A DNA stretch of 63,952 nucleotides, the filler included, from Bipalium vagum (taxonomy: Eukaryota): assembly GCA_037834085.1 (NCBI GenBank). It is 3 parts of 3 records of this genome, joined end to end, with 100 filler letters (N's around TTAATTAATTAA, not from the genome) between each part and the next. Parts side by side here need not be neighbours in the genome. Positions count along the whole stretch, not along the records: positions 48,367 to 63,952 come from JBBMKC010158112.1; 2 more parts are not named here. One strand, written 5' to 3'. The translations under genes were made by a program, and so were the position numbers. Below the pieces are notes generated by a model that was not told the DNA's origin, ran no database searches, and saw only the letters and a program-made list of their open reading frames with translations. The stretch's first letter is position 1; each line of letters starts with the position of its first letter. Shown in pieces: positions 61,098-63,952 of the stretch.

Positions 61098-63848
61098 GCT
61101 CGAGATAGTTTTATCGCAATGGATGTTTCTAATTTTGAAGAATACCAAATAAATGTTGATGAATTAATTATTTTTGGCTTGATTAAAGTATTCTACACAC
61201 TTTTTACACTTTAGATGTGTGTCTGAAAAAGTAAATCCGTTCAATGAATCTCATAACGGATCTTTACGAGAAACATCATTAATGGGATTTTCTATGAACT
61301 TTATATCATTTTAATCCTTATAACATTTTTAATATTCTAATTTTTCCGAAACCAATTATTTCAGACTATTTATTATAGGTCAAGAGAACTGATGAGTTTA
61401 GTGATTGTACTTCTCTAGAAAGACGCAAATCATAAATCATTTTAAAGAATTTGTAAAATCAAAATTAGAAAATAAAACATGAATTATGAAATTAATAATA
61501 ATAATAACAAAAGAAATAAAAATGTTAATAGGTATCTTAACCTACACAAGGATTTGCTCTATTAAACAAGTAAATATTACCTTTCTGGAAAATCATTTTC
61601 CATAAGCAGAATCACTGATCGACATGCAAAGAACAAGATTTCGCAAACTTGAAGAATTCCCAATAGCTTATATATTTAAACAAATAAACTTTGACAACAA
61701 AAAAGTAATATTTTAGGCACGTACAATGTTTCCATAGAAACGTAATTAGATATCGCGGGACCAATCGAATAACCTCGATTTTCACATAATATATGTTTCA
61801 ATATTATGATACTAAGTTTATAAATGCAATCACTAATTAGTTTAAGTTGTAGTGAAATCCTGTTCCTTCATTGCAATTTCAAAAAACGACACTGGATGAC
61901 AAAAAATCTAGTTAAAATACGACAGAAAATCGATCGATCAATTAATCATTTTATATTATTGATGTTTTTTTGGATACATTCAAACTTAATTTGGCTGCTT
62001 CTAAAGTTGGAATTTTCAGCGGAATTTTACAATGATCTTGAAGTAAGATGGTTCTTCATTTATTGTTATTATTATTATTTAACAACTTTCACTCTACATA
62101 ATATGTAATAACGAGTTTGGAATGATTAATTTATTTTTCGATAGATCTTATAAAAATAATAATTTTTATTTAATTATTAATTAATAGTTTTAGTTAAGAA
62201 TAAAATGAAAGATAAAGTTTAAACTTCACAATAATAATAACTAGATTGTAAAAGAATCGGGGATTTTCTCTGGATATTCTTTAAATATAGTAATAATAAG
62301 TAGGAAAAAGCGTTTTTATTGAAATTATAAAGAAATAGTAGAATTAAGTAGTTATTTATACTAGATATGTAAATACGTTAACATCAATAATTTATTGTCA
62401 TTTTTCAAATAGATTTATTATTTATTGAATGAATTTTTTTTGTAATATTTCGTGAAAAATTATACAAAAATTATTTATATTCCTGTATAGAACTGAATTT
62501 CAACCCTAATTAAAAATGAATTAACAAATTTTGTGCAACTCTCAGCGAAACCACGTCATTTTGAAAACTAAATATTTTTCTTTTAGGTTACAAAGCAAGG
62601 TTTTTAAAATATATCGAATTTCATCTTTAGATGCTGTTAATGAGTACTTAGGAAATGTAAAAAATTTATAAACCAACTTTTACAAAAACTTTAATTTTTT
62701 TGCGGAGGGAATATCAAAAAATATATTTTATCCTTTATATTTAACATGAAACATTAACATTTAGCTAAATGGAATATTCAAAAGTAATCGTTTATGTAAA
62801 ATAAGAAAAACTGTTTCCCTTCCAATATATCATACATGAACTTGTAAGACTAATTATAATCAAACGTAGACTAAATATATATTGCACATTTTAAATCATT
62901 AACAAAATTATTATGGAGACTCCCATGCTCAGCTTCCATATAACAATGTCTTCTCAAAATAAATATCTTGTGTACATAATTGATAAAAATTCTTTTTCGG
63001 TGTAAAACAAATCATAGCAAACGAAGTTTTAGTAGGAATCAAATTCAAAAAGGAAGAACGAAAACAAACAGAGTTAGATGAAGCAGAAGTCCAACCAGTA
63101 AAAAGATGTAAAAGTATTTTATTTTTTTTGTTGAAATTTCAAATCAAATTTAATTACGCGATTGAAATTTTTTTGAGAATGCATGAGTGTTGCATTGTGT
63201 TACTACCATCATAATAAAGTGTATTAGTGGTTCTCTGAGTTTTGATTTTAATAGATCACAAGCTTAAGAAAGACTTAGCTTATAGAAACCTCAGTTAGGT
63301 TATGCAAGTTAAATGACTGTGCTAACACTATAAAGCTGCAGTTTTTATTTTTTTGTCTATAACTTTCTTTTGTAAACTTTGTAAATTCTTATGGTATTTT
63401 TTTCTATCAAATAAATATTTTGTTTCAACAGAATATTTTTATCAAAAAATATGAAAATGTTTAATTATATCCATTTATGGAAACCTCTTAATTTTAGAAC
63501 CATTCTACAAACTTCTTCAAAATATTTTGTTATTATAAAATGATGTTGATTTAATTATTGTCTTAGGATGTATCAAAGATTTTCGTGATTTTTATAGTTA
63601 AACTTTTCTTAAAAAATAAATATTTTCCATACATATTGCATTATAGTTATTTTATTATTTGGAAATATTTAAAAATGTAAATTCTTATATTGAAAAACTT
63701 AGCCTACATGGTCCACTGTTTCGCCAATTGGTAAAGTGAATGTTGAGTTTGGATTTAAAGAAGGAAAATTTGGAAATCATAAATGTTATCCACAGCTATA
63801 TTGCAAAATTACGATGTTTCAAAACCTTATCGTTCCTACGGAATTCAA
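61098..63848 (+). CDS. Candidate multi-exon gene of unknown identity running off the window
   Basis: AG/GT-bounded open segments: 61099-61187, about 61853-62042, 63018-63107 (NEVLVGIKFKKEERKQTELDEAEVQPVKR) and 63703-63848 (PTWSTVSPIGKVNVEFGF...LYCKITMFQNL). I could not reconcile phases between all of them. Confidence 0.35.
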
Positions 63849-63952
63849 GTAAACCTCTTAATTAGAATAATTTAGGGATCGATTTTACTATAAATGCCAC
63901 CACAAGTGCACTTGTTTAAAATAACTAAATATATCATATTAAACAATAAATT

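Noticed and set aside
61389-61425. CTGATGAG hammerhead core
   Set aside because: No properly closed stem II before GAAA and no stems I/III.

Overview
Very AT-rich eukaryotic DNA, probably from an invertebrate animal; this is inferred from the EGR, SLK and RB1CC1 gene set and I cannot name the species. Two artificial N44-TTAATTAATTAA-N44 linkers (30635-30734, 48267-48366) show the window is at least three joined contigs, and there is one plain N gap (3363-3494). I could splice together by hand seven conserved genes: RB1CC1/FIP200 (5'-partial), a HINT-family gene, an EGR/Krox zinc-finger gene, DCTN4 (3'-truncated at a linker), an SLK/STK10-type STE20 kinase, RECQL-like (5'-truncated at a linker) and CCT5. 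Introns are mostly either tiny (about 37-70 nt) or kilobase-sized and full of decayed transposons: mariner, Tc1/IS630, pogo, Merlin, MULE, Sola-like, Gypsy and Polinton/Maverick. Four observations stand out. (1) A two-copy LTR-like element carries a nested RNA hairpin with compensatory base-pair changes, directly followed by a conserved splice donor. (2) The HINT protein has an N-terminal membrane anchor and a rewired nucleotide pocket. (3) A perfect EGR consensus site lies inside the intron of the EGR gene itself. (4) FIP200 appears strongly shortened, with an expanded Claw loop. All family assignments come from motif recognition by eye, not from database searches.
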